This document shows, piece by piece, positions 49,105 through 58,851 of a stretch of DNA of 64,000 nucleotides. A program made the position numbers and the translations under genes. The notes beneath the pieces were generated by a model. That model worked only from the letters and a program-made list of their open reading frames with translations. It was not told where the DNA came from and searched no databases. Every line of letters starts with the position of its first letter. Within the stretch, counting starts at the first letter, position 1. This DNA comes from Bacillales bacterium UBA3789 (GTDB taxonomy: Bacteria > Bacillota_I > Bacilli_A > RF39 > UBA660), in the NCBI GenBank assembly GCA_002369415.1, contig DFEZ01000002.1:185019-249018 (forward strand). Reading direction: 5' to 3'.

Positions 49105-49995
49105 ATGATTAAAAAAATGGATTTCTCATGCATTGATGAGGTGTTTGAATCAATAAAAAAACTAAGTAAATGTGCTTGTTTTGGTAAAAATGGTAAAGAT
49201 GAGGAAGAAGTAGAAATATGCTTTTTTGATAGTTTTTTTGTTGTTAAACAAAAAAAAGTTATTGGGTTGCTTTTATATAATTGTATTTCAAGTTTTACTA
49301 TTAATGATTGTTTTGCTAATATTATCTTTAATAAAAATATAATTATGATAAACGTAAAAGGATTAGATTCAGAGACAATATTGTTTTTGAATTATTTGAG
49401 TGAAAAATATCAAACTATTAAATATAATTCAGATGAAAAAGAATCTTTATGGGGTATTGTCAACAATAAGTTAAGCAATTTGGCAATAGGCACTATTAAT
49501 CAAATAAACTTTGATTCTTTATCTGCTTACTATAATTTAAAAAAAGTAAAGTATGACATTTTTATTAAATGGTTTTTAATTACTTTTATTACTAGTATGT
49601 TTTTTCTCATCATAACATTCTCATTTTTGTTTGTTTATAATTTAATAAAATTTAATTTATCATGGTTTTTATTCATAACAGCAATAATTGTTGTGAATAT
49701 AATTATTTTTTTTAAAGGACATATTGAAGCAATTATCAAAAAAACGTTGGAGCATAACATTGACTTAACTATTTTTTTGAAAGAGAAAAATTTAATTGTA
49801 AAATCACCATCAGTAATAGTAATGTTAGATAATCATGATATTAAATATATTAAATACCAAAACAATTATTTCTTTATTAAACACAAGTTGATGGGAATTC
49901 CAATTATTATTAATTGTGAGAACAAGACCAGTGATATTTATAAATTATTAAGTTCAATAAAGACTAGTCAATCAAAAAAGGAGAAAAATACTTAA
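49105..49995 (+). CDS. Hypothetical membrane protein
   Basis: 296 aa with 2-3 TM helices in the middle. No recognisable domain. Confidence 0.35.
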   Translation: MIKKMDFSCIDEVFESIKKLSKCACFGKNGKDEEEVEICFFDSFFVVKQKKVIGLLLYNCISSFTINDCFANIIFNKNIIMINVKGLDSETILFLNYLSEKYQTIKYNSDEKESLWGIVNNKLSNLAIGTINQINFDSLSAYYNLKKVKYDIFIKWFLITFITSMFFLIITFSFLFVYNLIKFNLSWFLFITAIIVVNIIIFFKGHIEAIIKKTLEHNIDLTIFLKEKNLIVKSPSVIVMLDNHDIKYIKYQNNYFFIKHKLMGIPIIINCENKTSDIYKLLSSIKTSQSKKEKNT

Positions 49996-50085
49996 TGTAT
50001 ATTTTCTCTTTTCCTTTGATTTACTTATGTCATTGTTTTAACATATTCAAATTAAAAAATCAGCGTTTGCTGATTAATAAACAAA

Positions 50086-50160
50086 TGGAGCGAACGAGGG
50101 GAATCGAACCCCCATCACAGCCTTGGCAAGGCCGTATTCTAACCATTGAACCACGTTCGC
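50086..50160 (-). tRNA. tRNA-Gly (anticodon GCC)
   Basis: The reverse complement is GCGAACGTGGTTCAATGGTTAGAATACGGCCTTGCCAAGGCTGTGATGGGGGTTCGATTCCCCTCGTTCGCTCCA. A terminator (AATCAGC-AAAC-GCTGATT plus Ts) lies downstream. Confidence 0.9.
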
Positions 50161-50166
50161 ATAAAT

Positions 50167-50240
50167 TGGAGGGGCTAGACGGATTTGAACCGACGATCAA
50201 AGTTTTGCAGACTCACGCCTTACCACTTGGCTATAGCCCC
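50167..50240 (-). tRNA. tRNA-Cys (anticodon GCA)
   Basis: The reverse complement is GGGGCTATAGCCAAGTGGTAAGGCGTGAGTCTGCAAAACTTTGATCGTCGGTTCAAATCCGTCTAGCCCCTCCA. Confidence 0.9.
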
Positions 50241-50250
50241 ATGCACAAAT

Positions 50251-50280
50251 ATTATAGCAAAACACCATATAAAAAATCAA
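50251..50280 (-). promoter_or_regulatory. Promoter of the tRNA-Cys/Gly operon
   Basis: TTGATT-N18-TGcTATAAT on the minus strand. Confidence 0.5.
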
Positions 50281-50308
50281 TTGTTTTATATAAAAAATAT
50301 GGAAGAAA

Positions 50309-51475
50309 TTAATTCTTCCATATTCTAACTATATCTTTATAATTATATTTTAATTCATTACTTGATAGAATTTTTACTAAACCTGCCTCATCATTATATA
50401 AATAAACTATTCCATCACTTATTAAAATTATATCTCTATCATATACTTTCCAGTCATTAACTTCACTTAATTCAAATAACAATTCTTTATTACCATTATC
50501 TAGTTTTCTATAGAATTCATCTTTTTCAAAGTAATAACTATAATCATATTCTTTTATTTCTTTACCTATTAAATTATTATTAAATAGTTGTTTTTTTAAG
50601 AAGAAGTCACTTATATTTAGTAATCTTTTTGTTTTATTTTTATAAACAATAAAATCATTTTCTGCATTACCTACTTCTTTTATTTCTTCTTTAGATATAT
50701 TAATTGTATACTGCTTCTTATTTTTATTATCAGTTACATATATTAGATCATTATATATACCATTTATATATGAATCTTTATCTAGTTTCTTTTCTAATTT
50801 AAATGATTTTAATTTATTCTTTTTTAAATCATAATAATATATATTTTCTATACCTGTTACTTTTGTATTTTCAAATAATACAAAGTATCTAGAATTTACT
50901 ATAGACATAATATTATCATAGATATCATAATCTAATATTTTTATATAATCATTTCTATTTTTACCTATTACATAAATACCTTTATAATTCCATATAATAT
51001 ATTTTCTATTATTATCTAGATTATTATAGATAGTTAGTTTTTTATAGTTTGATTCTATCTCTTTCTTTTCTGGTACTTTTATTTTTGCTTTAGATAGTAT
51101 TTCTAAATAGTCAGAATTATTTTCATCTAATAGATAATAATTAGATACTTGTACTTTATCTTTTAAACAATATATTTCTTTACTATTTCCTTTCTTATAT
51201 ATTGGGACAATACAAGATATATTATTCTTTTTATATGTTTTTATATTTTTAATTATTCTTTTATTTTTATTTAAATCTTTAATAATAGTATAAGTATATT
51301 TATTATCTATTCTTATATTATAAGTATGTTTCTTATTATTTATATAGAATTCTTCTTTTATAATATGTTTATCTACTTTATATAGAGTATTAAACTTTTT
51401 TATTGTTAATTTATGGATAAAGATAACTAATAATACTATTACTATTAAAAATAATATATATCTTATTTTTTTCAT
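50309..51475 (-). CDS. Hypothetical N-terminally anchored K/N/Y-rich protein
   Basis: 388 aa with an N-terminal TM helix. Terminator hairpins lie at both ends. Confidence 0.4.
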   Translation of the reverse strand: MKKIRYILFLIVIVLLVIFIHKLTIKKFNTLYKVDKHIIKEEFYINNKKHTYNIRIDNKYTYTIIKDLNKNKRIIKNIKTYKKNNISCIVPIYKKGNSKEIYCLKDKVQVSNYYLLDENNSDYLEILSKAKIKVPEKKEIESNYKKLTIYNNLDNNRKYIIWNYKGIYVIGKNRNDYIKILDYDIYDNIMSIVNSRYFVLFENTKVTGIENIYYYDLKKNKLKSFKLEKKLDKDSYINGIYNDLIYVTDNKNKKQYTINISKEEIKEVGNAENDFIVYKNKTKRLLNISDFFLKKQLFNNNLIGKEIKEYDYSYYFEKDEFYRKLDNGNKELLFELSEVNDWKVYDRDIILISDGIVYLYNDEAGLVKILSSNELKYNYKDIVRIWKN

Positions 51476-51513
51476 ATTATTACCTCTTTTTAATTATAAC
51501 AAAAAAAGAAAGA

Positions 51514-51966
51514 TTAAGCATCTTTCTTTTCTCCACTCATTCCGTATTTCTTTTTTTCTTCCATCATATAATTAGAGATTTCTGTTTCTATTTCTCTTAA
51601 TCCTGATTTGGAAATGTTTGATAGTGTTACAAATTCTTTAATAGTATCAATATATACTTTTCCCCAAATTAGGCCTCCTAATACTTTTAAATCGTTAAAC
51701 ATATCAGGTGTTATTGAACTTAAGAAATATCCGTAGATAATTCTTTTTCTTCCCATAAGAATTCTTTTATTTGTTAATGCAACTACATATGTATTTACAA
51801 TATTGAATGGATTATCATTCTTTTGAGCTGCGAAAGCATATAATACTTCCTCATCTGGATTAAGGTGCATTTCAACTACTGCTGAATTTGCTCTTAATCT
51901 CCATGCTATTGTACCAGGGTGTCTTTGTTTAAATTCTAATACTCTTCTATATACTGATCCTGCCAT
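51514..51966 (-). CDS. Small cytoplasmic protein, possibly a bacterial PH-like domain
   Basis: 150 aa. The resemblance to a bacterial PH domain is weak. Confidence 0.3.
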   Translation of the reverse strand: MAGSVYRRVLEFKQRHPGTIAWRLRANSAVVEMHLNPDEEVLYAFAAQKNDNPFNIVNTYVVALTNKRILMGRKRIIYGYFLSSITPDMFNDLKVLGGLIWGKVYIDTIKEFVTLSNISKSGLREIETEISNYMMEEKKKYGMSGEKKDA

Positions 51967-51978
51967 TTTTATTCCTCC

Positions 51979-52512
51979 CTATTCTATCAAACCATATGTC
52001 TTAAAGAATTCTATGTATCCATATCTATCCATAAGACCATCTATTCCATCTAATACGTCTCCATCTTTTACTACAAATAACATTGGTGTACCAAAACCAT
52101 TTTTAAATCCTTCATAAGAATTTACAAAATTATTTTGATCTTCTCCTTCAAAGTCATCTGTATTTAGATAGTTTAAATCAATATTATATTCATACATTAT
52201 GTTTTGTAATATTGGTTCAGCTATTTGACAATAGTGACATGTTGGTCTTGCGACTAAAATAAACTTATTTTCTGAACTATTTAAATATTCTAAATATGTA
52301 TCTACATTAATGTATGTAAATTCTTTCTTTTCATTTTCTTTTACTGCAGCACTTTCTTTTTCTGCATTTGCAACTACTGTTTCTGCAGTTCTTTCTGTTG
52401 GTTCTTCATTCTTACTTGATGATTTACCACCTACTAGAGCAGCTATTATTAATAATGCTAATAAAACTACTACTACAATTATTGTTATTATTGTTGTTTT
52501 CTTTTCCCCCAT
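51979..52512 (-). CDS. Membrane-anchored thioredoxin-like protein (CHYC motif)
   Basis: N-terminal TM helix and a thioredoxin fold with a CxxC motif as ARPTCHYCQ. Confidence 0.5.
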   Translation of the reverse strand: MGEKKTTIITIIVVVVLLALLIIAALVGGKSSSKNEEPTERTAETVVANAEKESAAVKENEKKEFTYINVDTYLEYLNSSENKFILVARPTCHYCQIAEPILQNIMYEYNIDLNYLNTDDFEGEDQNNFVNSYEGFKNGFGTPMLFVVKDGDVLDGIDGLMDRYGYIEFFKTYGLIE

Positions 52513-52561
52513 AATAACACCTCTTTTCTTTTAGTTTAAACCATTATTTCAAAATATACAA

Positions 52562-54148
52562 TTATTTTTTGTTTTCTATATATTCTTCGTATGGAACTAC
52601 TCTATCGATTATTTTTCCATCATTAGTTATTTCTATTACTCTATTAGCAACTGTTGAGTTTAATTCATAATCACGTGATGTGAATAATATTTCTCCAGTA
52701 AAGTTTACCATTCCTTTATTTAGGGATGTAATACTTTCTAGATCTAAGTGGTTTGTTGGTTCATCTAATATTAAGAAATTAGGTTGTTGTAACATTATCT
52801 TTGATAGCATACATCTTGCTTTTTCTCCTCCAGATAAGACATTAACTTTTTTGAATACATCATCTCCAGAGAATAACATTCTTCCTAAGAATCCTCTTAA
52901 TATTGTTTCATCTTTTATTTCATGATATTGTCCCATCCACTCAATAATATTTTTATCACTATTAAAGTATTCATTATTATCTTGTGGTAAATATTCAGGA
53001 ATAATAGTTTTTCCCCATTCTATTGTTCCTTTATCATATTTTTCTTTTCCACTTAAGATATTAAATAAAGTTGTTTTTGCCATATCATTTTCAGCTATAA
53101 AACAGATTTTATCTCCTTTTAGAACTGTGAATGATACTTTATCTAGAATCTTCTTTCCATCTACTTCTTTAGTTAAGTTTTCTACTTTTAATATTTCTTT
53201 TCCAGCAGGTTTTTCTATCTTAAAGTCAATATATGGATATTTTCTACTACTTGGAATTATTTCATCTAATTCTATTTTTTCTAACATTTTCTTACGAGAA
53301 GTTGCTTGTTTAGATTTAGATGCATTTGCTGAGAATCTTTGAATAAATGCTTGTAATTCTTTTATCTTTTCTTCTTTCTTCTTGTTTGATTCTCTCATTT
53401 GTTTTTGTAATAATTCACTTGATTCATACCAGAAATCATAGTTACCAATATATAATTTAATTTTTCCATAATCTATATCACAGATATGAGTACATACTTT
53501 ATTTAAGAAGTGTCTATCATGTGAAACGATTATTACTGTATTATTAAAGTTAATTAAGAATTCTTCTAACCATTTAATTGCTTCTAAGTCTAGAGAGTTT
53601 GTTGGTTCATCTAGAAGTAGTATATCTGGATTACCAAATAGAGCTTGAGCAAGTAATACTTTAACTCTTAGTTTTACTGGTAATTCTCCCATATTCATAT
53701 AATGGTATTCTTCACTAACACCTAAGTTATTTAATAATTGAGCAGCATCTGGTTCTGCATTCCATCCATCTAAATCCATAAATTCTGCTTCTAGATTAGC
53801 TAATTTCATACCATCTTCTTCAGAAAATTCTGTTTGAGAATACATTTTATCTTTTTCTACCATTATTTCATAAAGTTTAGTATTGCCCATTATTACAACA
53901 TCTATTACTCTTTTATCATCAAATTGATAGTGATCTTGTTTTAATATAGATATTCTTTCATCTTTTGATACTGTAATTTCTCCAGTAGTAGTTTCTAATT
54001 CTCCACTTAGTAGTTTTAAGAAAGTAGATTTTCCACTACCATTAGCTCCTATTAATCCATAACAATTTCCGTTAGTAAATTTTATATTAACATCTTCAAA
54101 TAATGTCCTTTTACCGAATTTTAAACTTACATTTGATACTTGTATCAT
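52562..54148 (-). CDS. ABC-F family ATPase (two ABC domains; translation-factor or antibiotic-resistance type)
   Basis: Two Walker A motifs (GANGSGKST and a second one), the signature LSGGEKAR, and a charged inter-domain linker. Confidence 0.85.
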   Translation of the reverse strand: MIQVSNVSLKFGKRTLFEDVNIKFTNGNCYGLIGANGSGKSTFLKLLSGELETTTGEITVSKDERISILKQDHYQFDDKRVIDVVIMGNTKLYEIMVEKDKMYSQTEFSEEDGMKLANLEAEFMDLDGWNAEPDAAQLLNNLGVSEEYHYMNMGELPVKLRVKVLLAQALFGNPDILLLDEPTNSLDLEAIKWLEEFLINFNNTVIIVSHDRHFLNKVCTHICDIDYGKIKLYIGNYDFWYESSELLQKQMRESNKKKEEKIKELQAFIQRFSANASKSKQATSRKKMLEKIELDEIIPSSRKYPYIDFKIEKPAGKEILKVENLTKEVDGKKILDKVSFTVLKGDKICFIAENDMAKTTLFNILSGKEKYDKGTIEWGKTIIPEYLPQDNNEYFNSDKNIIEWMGQYHEIKDETILRGFLGRMLFSGDDVFKKVNVLSGGEKARCMLSKIMLQQPNFLILDEPTNHLDLESITSLNKGMVNFTGEILFTSRDYELNSTVANRVIEITNDGKIIDRVVPYEEYIENKK

Positions 54149-54213
54149 AAAGTCACCTCTTGTTCTTCAAAATCTATTATATTTTATCGTAAAAACAAAA
54201 AAAAGACAAGTTT

Positions 54214-54885
54214 CTAACCTATCTTCTTTACTAGTTCTTTTAAGTTCCTTTGTCCTTTCATTATTTCTCCAAAATAACTACTACTAGGTTGATCTATATC
54301 TCTTAAACCTAATAATTCTTTTAAATGTTGTATTGAACTATTTGGAACATTTGATTTTCTTAATTCTGATGATAATAATTCAGTAAGAAGTAAATGTAAT
54401 TGGAATTGATTTAATTCTTGCAATCTTTCTACATCAACTGAATCTAGTATTCTATAATTACTTGGATCTACTATATATAATTCTCCATTATATAAAGTAT
54501 ATCCTGGAGTTGCTCCATTAAGTAATACTCTTCTTTGACTTAATGCTTCAATATCTTTTTCAATTACTCTTACATTATTAATAAACTCATCTGTTGGTGC
54601 ATTTGAAATTTTTTTACCTGCACCCTTTTGTGAAACAAGTTTCATTGTATAACCTCTAAAAGCGTTATTATAAAATAATAGTTTTTTTGGAAGAATAATT
54701 CTTTCTGTTCTTATATCTGTTAGGTATTTTGCTGTTTCTTCATCAATTGGTTCTTCCCCTTCATCAAATACTCTTATTGCATATCCTTTATAACGGTATA
54801 CATTTCCCGCTTTTGTATCAGGTTTAAAATTTAATTGTCTAAGACCAGAAAGATCTATACTTTTATTTTCTAAACGATATCCCAT
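54214..54885 (-). CDS. Hypothetical protein
   Basis: 223 aa with no recognisable family. Confidence 0.35.
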   Translation of the reverse strand: MGYRLENKSIDLSGLRQLNFKPDTKAGNVYRYKGYAIRVFDEGEEPIDEETAKYLTDIRTERIILPKKLLFYNNAFRGYTMKLVSQKGAGKKISNAPTDEFINNVRVIEKDIEALSQRRVLLNGATPGYTLYNGELYIVDPSNYRILDSVDVERLQELNQFQLHLLLTELLSSELRKSNVPNSSIQHLKELLGLRDIDQPSSSYFGEIMKGQRNLKELVKKIG

Positions 54886-54926
54886 ATATCAAGACTCCCC
54901 TTGCGGTTTATTATAACATACTTATT

Positions 54927-55523
54927 TTATTTTTTATAAAAATTTGAAATAAATTTAGCAAATTGATATAAAATTATTTCACTCTTATTAATTGCATAAC
55001 TTTTTCCAATAGCTTTTCCACCTATTGTTAGTGATGCTATTACTGCTGCAACTATAAGTCCTGTAACTAATAAATTGAATTTAAAATCTGCTGCTAATAT
55101 TGCAGTTATAGCAGTTCCTGCAGCACCTGAAATAATACCACATACATCTCCAATTACATCACAACAAAAGCTTGATACTTTATCAGCATTCTTTTTAAAA
55201 GCAACTGCAATACTTGCTCCTTTTACTTTTCTAGAATTCATTGAATGGAATACAGCTTCATCTGCAGTTGTTACAGCAACTCCAATAATATCAAACATTA
55301 TACCTAATCCAATAAATAATAATGTAATTATAATACCTAACCATAATGGGAAATTAGGTATTGTCATTTGTGCTATAAAAGATAAGCATACTGAAACTAT
55401 AAATGCAGTTATTGATACGATCGCAATCCATTTAACATTTACTTTTTCTTTTTTTACTTTCTCTTTTTTCTTATCTATTTCTTTTAAACTTTCTAGTTCT
55501 TTATTTTTCTTAAATAAAAACAT
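54927..55523 (-). CDS. Small 4-TM membrane protein with a DxxxD motif (OapA-like candidate)
   Basis: A K/E-rich N-terminus followed by 4 TM helices; CCDVIGDVCG in TM3. It has its own TGTTATAAT extended -10 element and lies directly downstream of the large ncRNA. Confidence 0.4.
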   Translation of the reverse strand: MFLFKKNKELESLKEIDKKKEKVKKEKVNVKWIAIVSITAFIVSVCLSFIAQMTIPNFPLWLGIIITLLFIGLGIMFDIIGVAVTTADEAVFHSMNSRKVKGASIAVAFKKNADKVSSFCCDVIGDVCGIISGAAGTAITAILAADFKFNLLVTGLIVAAVIASLTIGGKAIGKSYAINKSEIILYQFAKFISNFYKK

Positions 55524-55573
55524 AAAAATTCTCCTTTATCATTAATCGATAATTATCGTTTTCATTATAACAT

Positions 55574-55600
55574 AAAAAAAAGTAGATATTCTACTTCATT
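55574..55600 (-). terminator. Intrinsic terminator of the large ncRNA
   Basis: On the minus strand the hairpin is AAGTAGA-ATA-TCTACTT followed by TTTTTTTT. Confidence 0.6.
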
Positions 55601-56200
55601 TTTTATAAATTGCTTGGCTTTCACTATAGTTAACTTTGAGCCTTAGGTCAAGTAGGATTTCCCTAATTTCTACAGGTTCGTTACCAAACTTGCGGTTCCC
55701 CTTTAAAGAAATTAATATGTCGTCACCAATTCATACGACTTGATTACCACTTAGTGCCCACTACAATCCTATAATGATTACACTCTAGGAGATTTCCTCA
55801 CCAGCGCTTTAATATTAGTCCTTTTTTGCAAAAATGATTTCAAGATGCAGTACTTAATATAAGTGGCCGCTTATATAAAGCAAGATCATCTATCCCAAGA
55901 TTTTCACTCAAGACAGGCTACACTGCACATAACTTTCGCCACATACAGGTTCTATCCTATTTCGTAAAAGAATCATCAGAACGAAGTTCGTATAGATTAA
56001 TCCACAAGAATAGGTCTCCACGAAAATTGGGTCGGGATTCGTATGCCATTACGAGTCGCCCAAGATTCTCTCTCCAGCATCCACCCCAAACTGGGCGTAA
56101 GAAGCAGACACCAAAGGTTTCACAGATATGCCCTTTAACGAATTTTTAAGCTCGTCTTCATAAAAAAGCAATTGACTAGAATAATGTGCCATCAATTACG
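55574..56200 (-). ncRNA. Large (~630 nt) ORF-free structured RNA candidate, possibly OLE-class
   Basis: No ORF of 60 aa or more on either strand. GC is about 40-50%, against a ~27% background. It is bracketed by a consensus promoter and an intrinsic terminator. It did not match RNase P, tmRNA, SRP or 6S features that I could check by eye. Confidence 0.5.
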
Positions 56201-56206
56201 TATGTA

Positions 56207-56235
56207 ATTATATCATATTTACGAAAAAATGTCAA
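56207..56235 (-). promoter_or_regulatory. Consensus sigma-A promoter of the large ncRNA
   Basis: Minus strand TTGACA (plus 56230-56235), a 17-nt spacer, and TATAAT (plus 56207-56212). Confidence 0.65.
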
Positions 56236-56243
56236 CTTTACAA

Positions 56244-57332
56244 CTATTTTTTCAATACTGGGTTGACTTCTTCTGATACATTATCTCTTACTGAATCATT
56301 TCCATAAATTAGTTTTAATTTACTTGAGAAATATGCTCTTTCATAATAACCATTCTCATAGATATAATTCCAATACTCTGTATATCTATCTTCACTTGGT
56401 ATTTGAGCAAGCATTCCTCTATAGTAATTATATATTTCCATTTTCTCATTATCATCCGAATATTTATTATTAAAATATGTATCAAGATAATTAATCATAT
56501 AATTATAAGTTTCTGGATCTATTTCTCTACCTGATTCTAATCTTTCAAGTACTCTATCTGATGCATTAATAAATGTAGTTGCATCTCCTGTACCTTCATA
56601 CTTTCTTAATTCATCTTTTATTACATTCATATTTCCTGTTGTATATGCTTCTAATACTCTATCTGGTTCAACCATTTCACATAATAATTTAGTTAATGCT
56701 ACTTCATATGGATAGCTTGATTCTTCTACAAATGGGTTTGGAGTAAAATATTCATTTACTAATATTTCTGTTACACCTTCTGCTAGGAATACTGGTATAT
56801 TAACATTTCTATAATTAGTAAATAAACAATGTAATAATTCATGTATTTGTGTTTCTCTTTTTAATGAATCGCTTTCAGTATATATATTAATTATATCTTT
56901 ATTAAAATTAAAATCTCCTAAGATAGTTTCACTTGTTCCATCAGGTCTTGGTACATAGAAAATATCTACATTACCAATAGAACCATATGCACTATTACTA
57001 TCTATATATGGATTATCATTAATAATATCAGCAAATGAATATACAATAGCTTTTTCTTCATCAGAAAGATTACTATTATTAATAGCAGCATGTATTATTA
57101 CTAAGTTATCATTATTACTTGCTTCAATTCCTGTAATTTGCTCTACTTCTTCTAGCATTGATTCTATATTTGAACCAGCTAATTCATTACTTTTGTCTCG
57201 ATTTAAATTTATATCTTCATTTGAACAATGAGTTAGTGCTGCATAAATCATCATCATGATGATAAAGTACTTTGCTCCTCCTCCAGAAGATCTGTTATTT
57301 CTACCCATACTATAACCCCCTAATCGGGTCAT
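56244..57332 (-). CDS. Secreted/lipoprotein-type zinc metallopeptidase (HExxH)
   Basis: N-terminal hydrophobic signal ending in THC, and a HELLH motif. Confidence 0.5.
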   Translation of the reverse strand: MTRLGGYSMGRNNRSSGGGAKYFIIMMMIYAALTHCSNEDINLNRDKSNELAGSNIESMLEEVEQITGIEASNNDNLVIIHAAINNSNLSDEEKAIVYSFADIINDNPYIDSNSAYGSIGNVDIFYVPRPDGTSETILGDFNFNKDIINIYTESDSLKRETQIHELLHCLFTNYRNVNIPVFLAEGVTEILVNEYFTPNPFVEESSYPYEVALTKLLCEMVEPDRVLEAYTTGNMNVIKDELRKYEGTGDATTFINASDRVLERLESGREIDPETYNYMINYLDTYFNNKYSDDNEKMEIYNYYRGMLAQIPSEDRYTEYWNYIYENGYYERAYFSSKLKLIYGNDSVRDNVSEEVNPVLKK

Positions 57333-57374
57333 ATTATACCATAAAAATGTTATTATTGCAAAGAAAAAGAAATA

Positions 57375-58037
57375 CTAAGTATTTCTTATTTTATTAACAT
57401 ACCAATTAATTTTACCTACCCATGTATTAGATTCTGCATATCTTGGTCCAATTGACTCTACTGTATTTAATCCATGAGCATAATAATTCTTATATAGATT
57501 AGTAATCATTCCTTCTAATCCTTCTTCAATTGAATTATATCTTTTATAGGCTCCACATCCATATCCTTTTTGTCCACCAAAGTTATAGCAATTTCTTGCT
57601 ATATTACTACACTGGCTTTGTCCGCATCCTGTTTCATGCATTATTATTGCTGTTGCAATATATGGATCTACTCCTAATTCAATACATTTATTTGCAATTG
57701 TATAGCCTTGTCCGGCTATTTCATTCTTTAATGTTCTGTTTAGTTTTTCAGCAAGTTCATCTAGTGTCATTCCTTCATATACTTCTTGCCTTAATAGAGA
57801 AGCATTTGCTGTTTCCATTTTTATTTCTGTAAGAAGTAAACTTGTACTTGATGAGTTCTTTTTAGTTTTCTTTTTTACTATCATATTAGCACTTGCAGCA
57901 ACTCTATTCATTTTATATTCTGTATTATCTCTAATAACTCTATTATTAGAATAATCTCCTTGCATTACAAGTCCCATAGAAATCATTATGACTCCTATAA
58001 ATGAAGTAATTATGCAAATAATTCTAGTTTTTTGCAT
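57375..58037 (-). CDS. Membrane-anchored GH73-like glucosaminidase-domain peptidoglycan hydrolase
   Basis: N-terminal TM helix, then IIMHETGCGQS and NCYNFGG, which resemble the glucosaminidase ESGWG and NLFGIK motifs. Start taken at MQKTRII. Confidence 0.5.
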   Translation of the reverse strand: MQKTRIICIITSFIGVIMISMGLVMQGDYSNNRVIRDNTEYKMNRVAASANMIVKKKTKKNSSSTSLLLTEIKMETANASLLRQEVYEGMTLDELAEKLNRTLKNEIAGQGYTIANKCIELGVDPYIATAIIMHETGCGQSQCSNIARNCYNFGGQKGYGCGAYKRYNSIEEGLEGMITNLYKNYYAHGLNTVESIGPRYAESNTWVGKINWYVNKIRNT

Positions 58038-58129
58038 ATATGTCACCTCTACAACCTTGACTAAGATAATTTTATAATATTTTTTTGTATTGGTCAAATA
58101 ATAAAAAAATCTATACTTTCGTATAGATT

Positions 58130-58756
58130 TTACCAATTCACATATATATCAATTATTCCATAAGCACAACCACTATCATATACTTTAGCAGGTCCTAATG
58201 AAGTAATTAGAATTGATCCTTTTGGCATAAATCCAGGATCAGCTGCTACACAAATGAATCCATCTCCATCACGGATTGTTCCATCCTCTGCAGCATGTCT
58301 TCCAGGAATATTTAAACTTGTTCCAGGAAGTACTCTTTCTGAATAATATGTTTCTTTATGTCCATTATAATATTGTGCACCTTTATTTTTACTTAAACGC
58401 TCACCAGAATATGTATATAATCCTGAATATTCCATATGAAGTGTTCCTGCGTATAGAGCTGCTTCTCTTTCAGCAATACTCATACTCTCATAAATTTCAA
58501 GTGGTGTCTTTTGAAGTGTTGCCTCAGTTACTTCCATCTCTAAGGATAGATACTCTTCTAAGTTAACAGGTTCATTTTCTTCACCAATTATTTCCTTTAC
58601 TATTTTATCAGTAAAGTCTTCATTTATAGCCATGCCTACACTAGTAGATAACTCACTAGCGGCAAATGTTTCAGATATTATATCATTATTTAAAGCAAGT
58701 GTTCCTATGATTGCTAATACTCCAAGTATTGTGATGGAGTATAAGATTCTTTTCAT
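58130..58756 (-). CDS. Secreted 3D-domain (YuiC/MltA-like) cell-wall protein
   Basis: Signal peptide, and a C-terminal Asp-rich region GRHAAEDGTIRDGDGFICVAADP. Start at MKRILYS follows GGGGTGA. Confidence 0.5.
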   Translation of the reverse strand: MKRILYSITILGVLAIIGTLALNNDIISETFAASELSTSVGMAINEDFTDKIVKEIIGEENEPVNLEEYLSLEMEVTEATLQKTPLEIYESMSIAEREAALYAGTLHMEYSGLYTYSGERLSKNKGAQYYNGHKETYYSERVLPGTSLNIPGRHAAEDGTIRDGDGFICVAADPGFMPKGSILITSLGPAKVYDSGCAYGIIDIYVNW

Positions 58757-58851
58757 TGCTTTTTCACCCCGCATAAATAAAATGCATAATAGAATTTTAC
58801 TACTTTTTCTTATTATAGTCAAATTTTTGGTATAATGTAGGTGGTGATAGT

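Noticed and set aside
49995-50312. 105-aa plus-strand ORF
   Set aside because: It overlaps tRNA-Gly and tRNA-Cys on the opposite strand. Its apparent amino-acid composition comes from GC-rich tRNA sequence, and it has no RBS.
56049-56192. 47-codon ORF (MAHYSSQLLFYEDELK...) at the 5' end of the large ncRNA
   Set aside because: It has no Shine-Dalgarno sequence and starts about 10 nt from the predicted TSS. A chance ORF of this length is plausible in a GC-richer segment. It would need ribosome profiling to take seriously.
55574-56200. The large ncRNA being RNase P RNA, tmRNA, SRP RNA or 6S RNA
   Set aside because: No GGAAAGUCC/ACAGNRA P4 elements. No tRNA-like ACCA 3' end and no tag reading frame. 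It is far longer than SRP or 6S. A loose AGGGGAACC similarity to Bacillus rnpB occurs in the wrong order.
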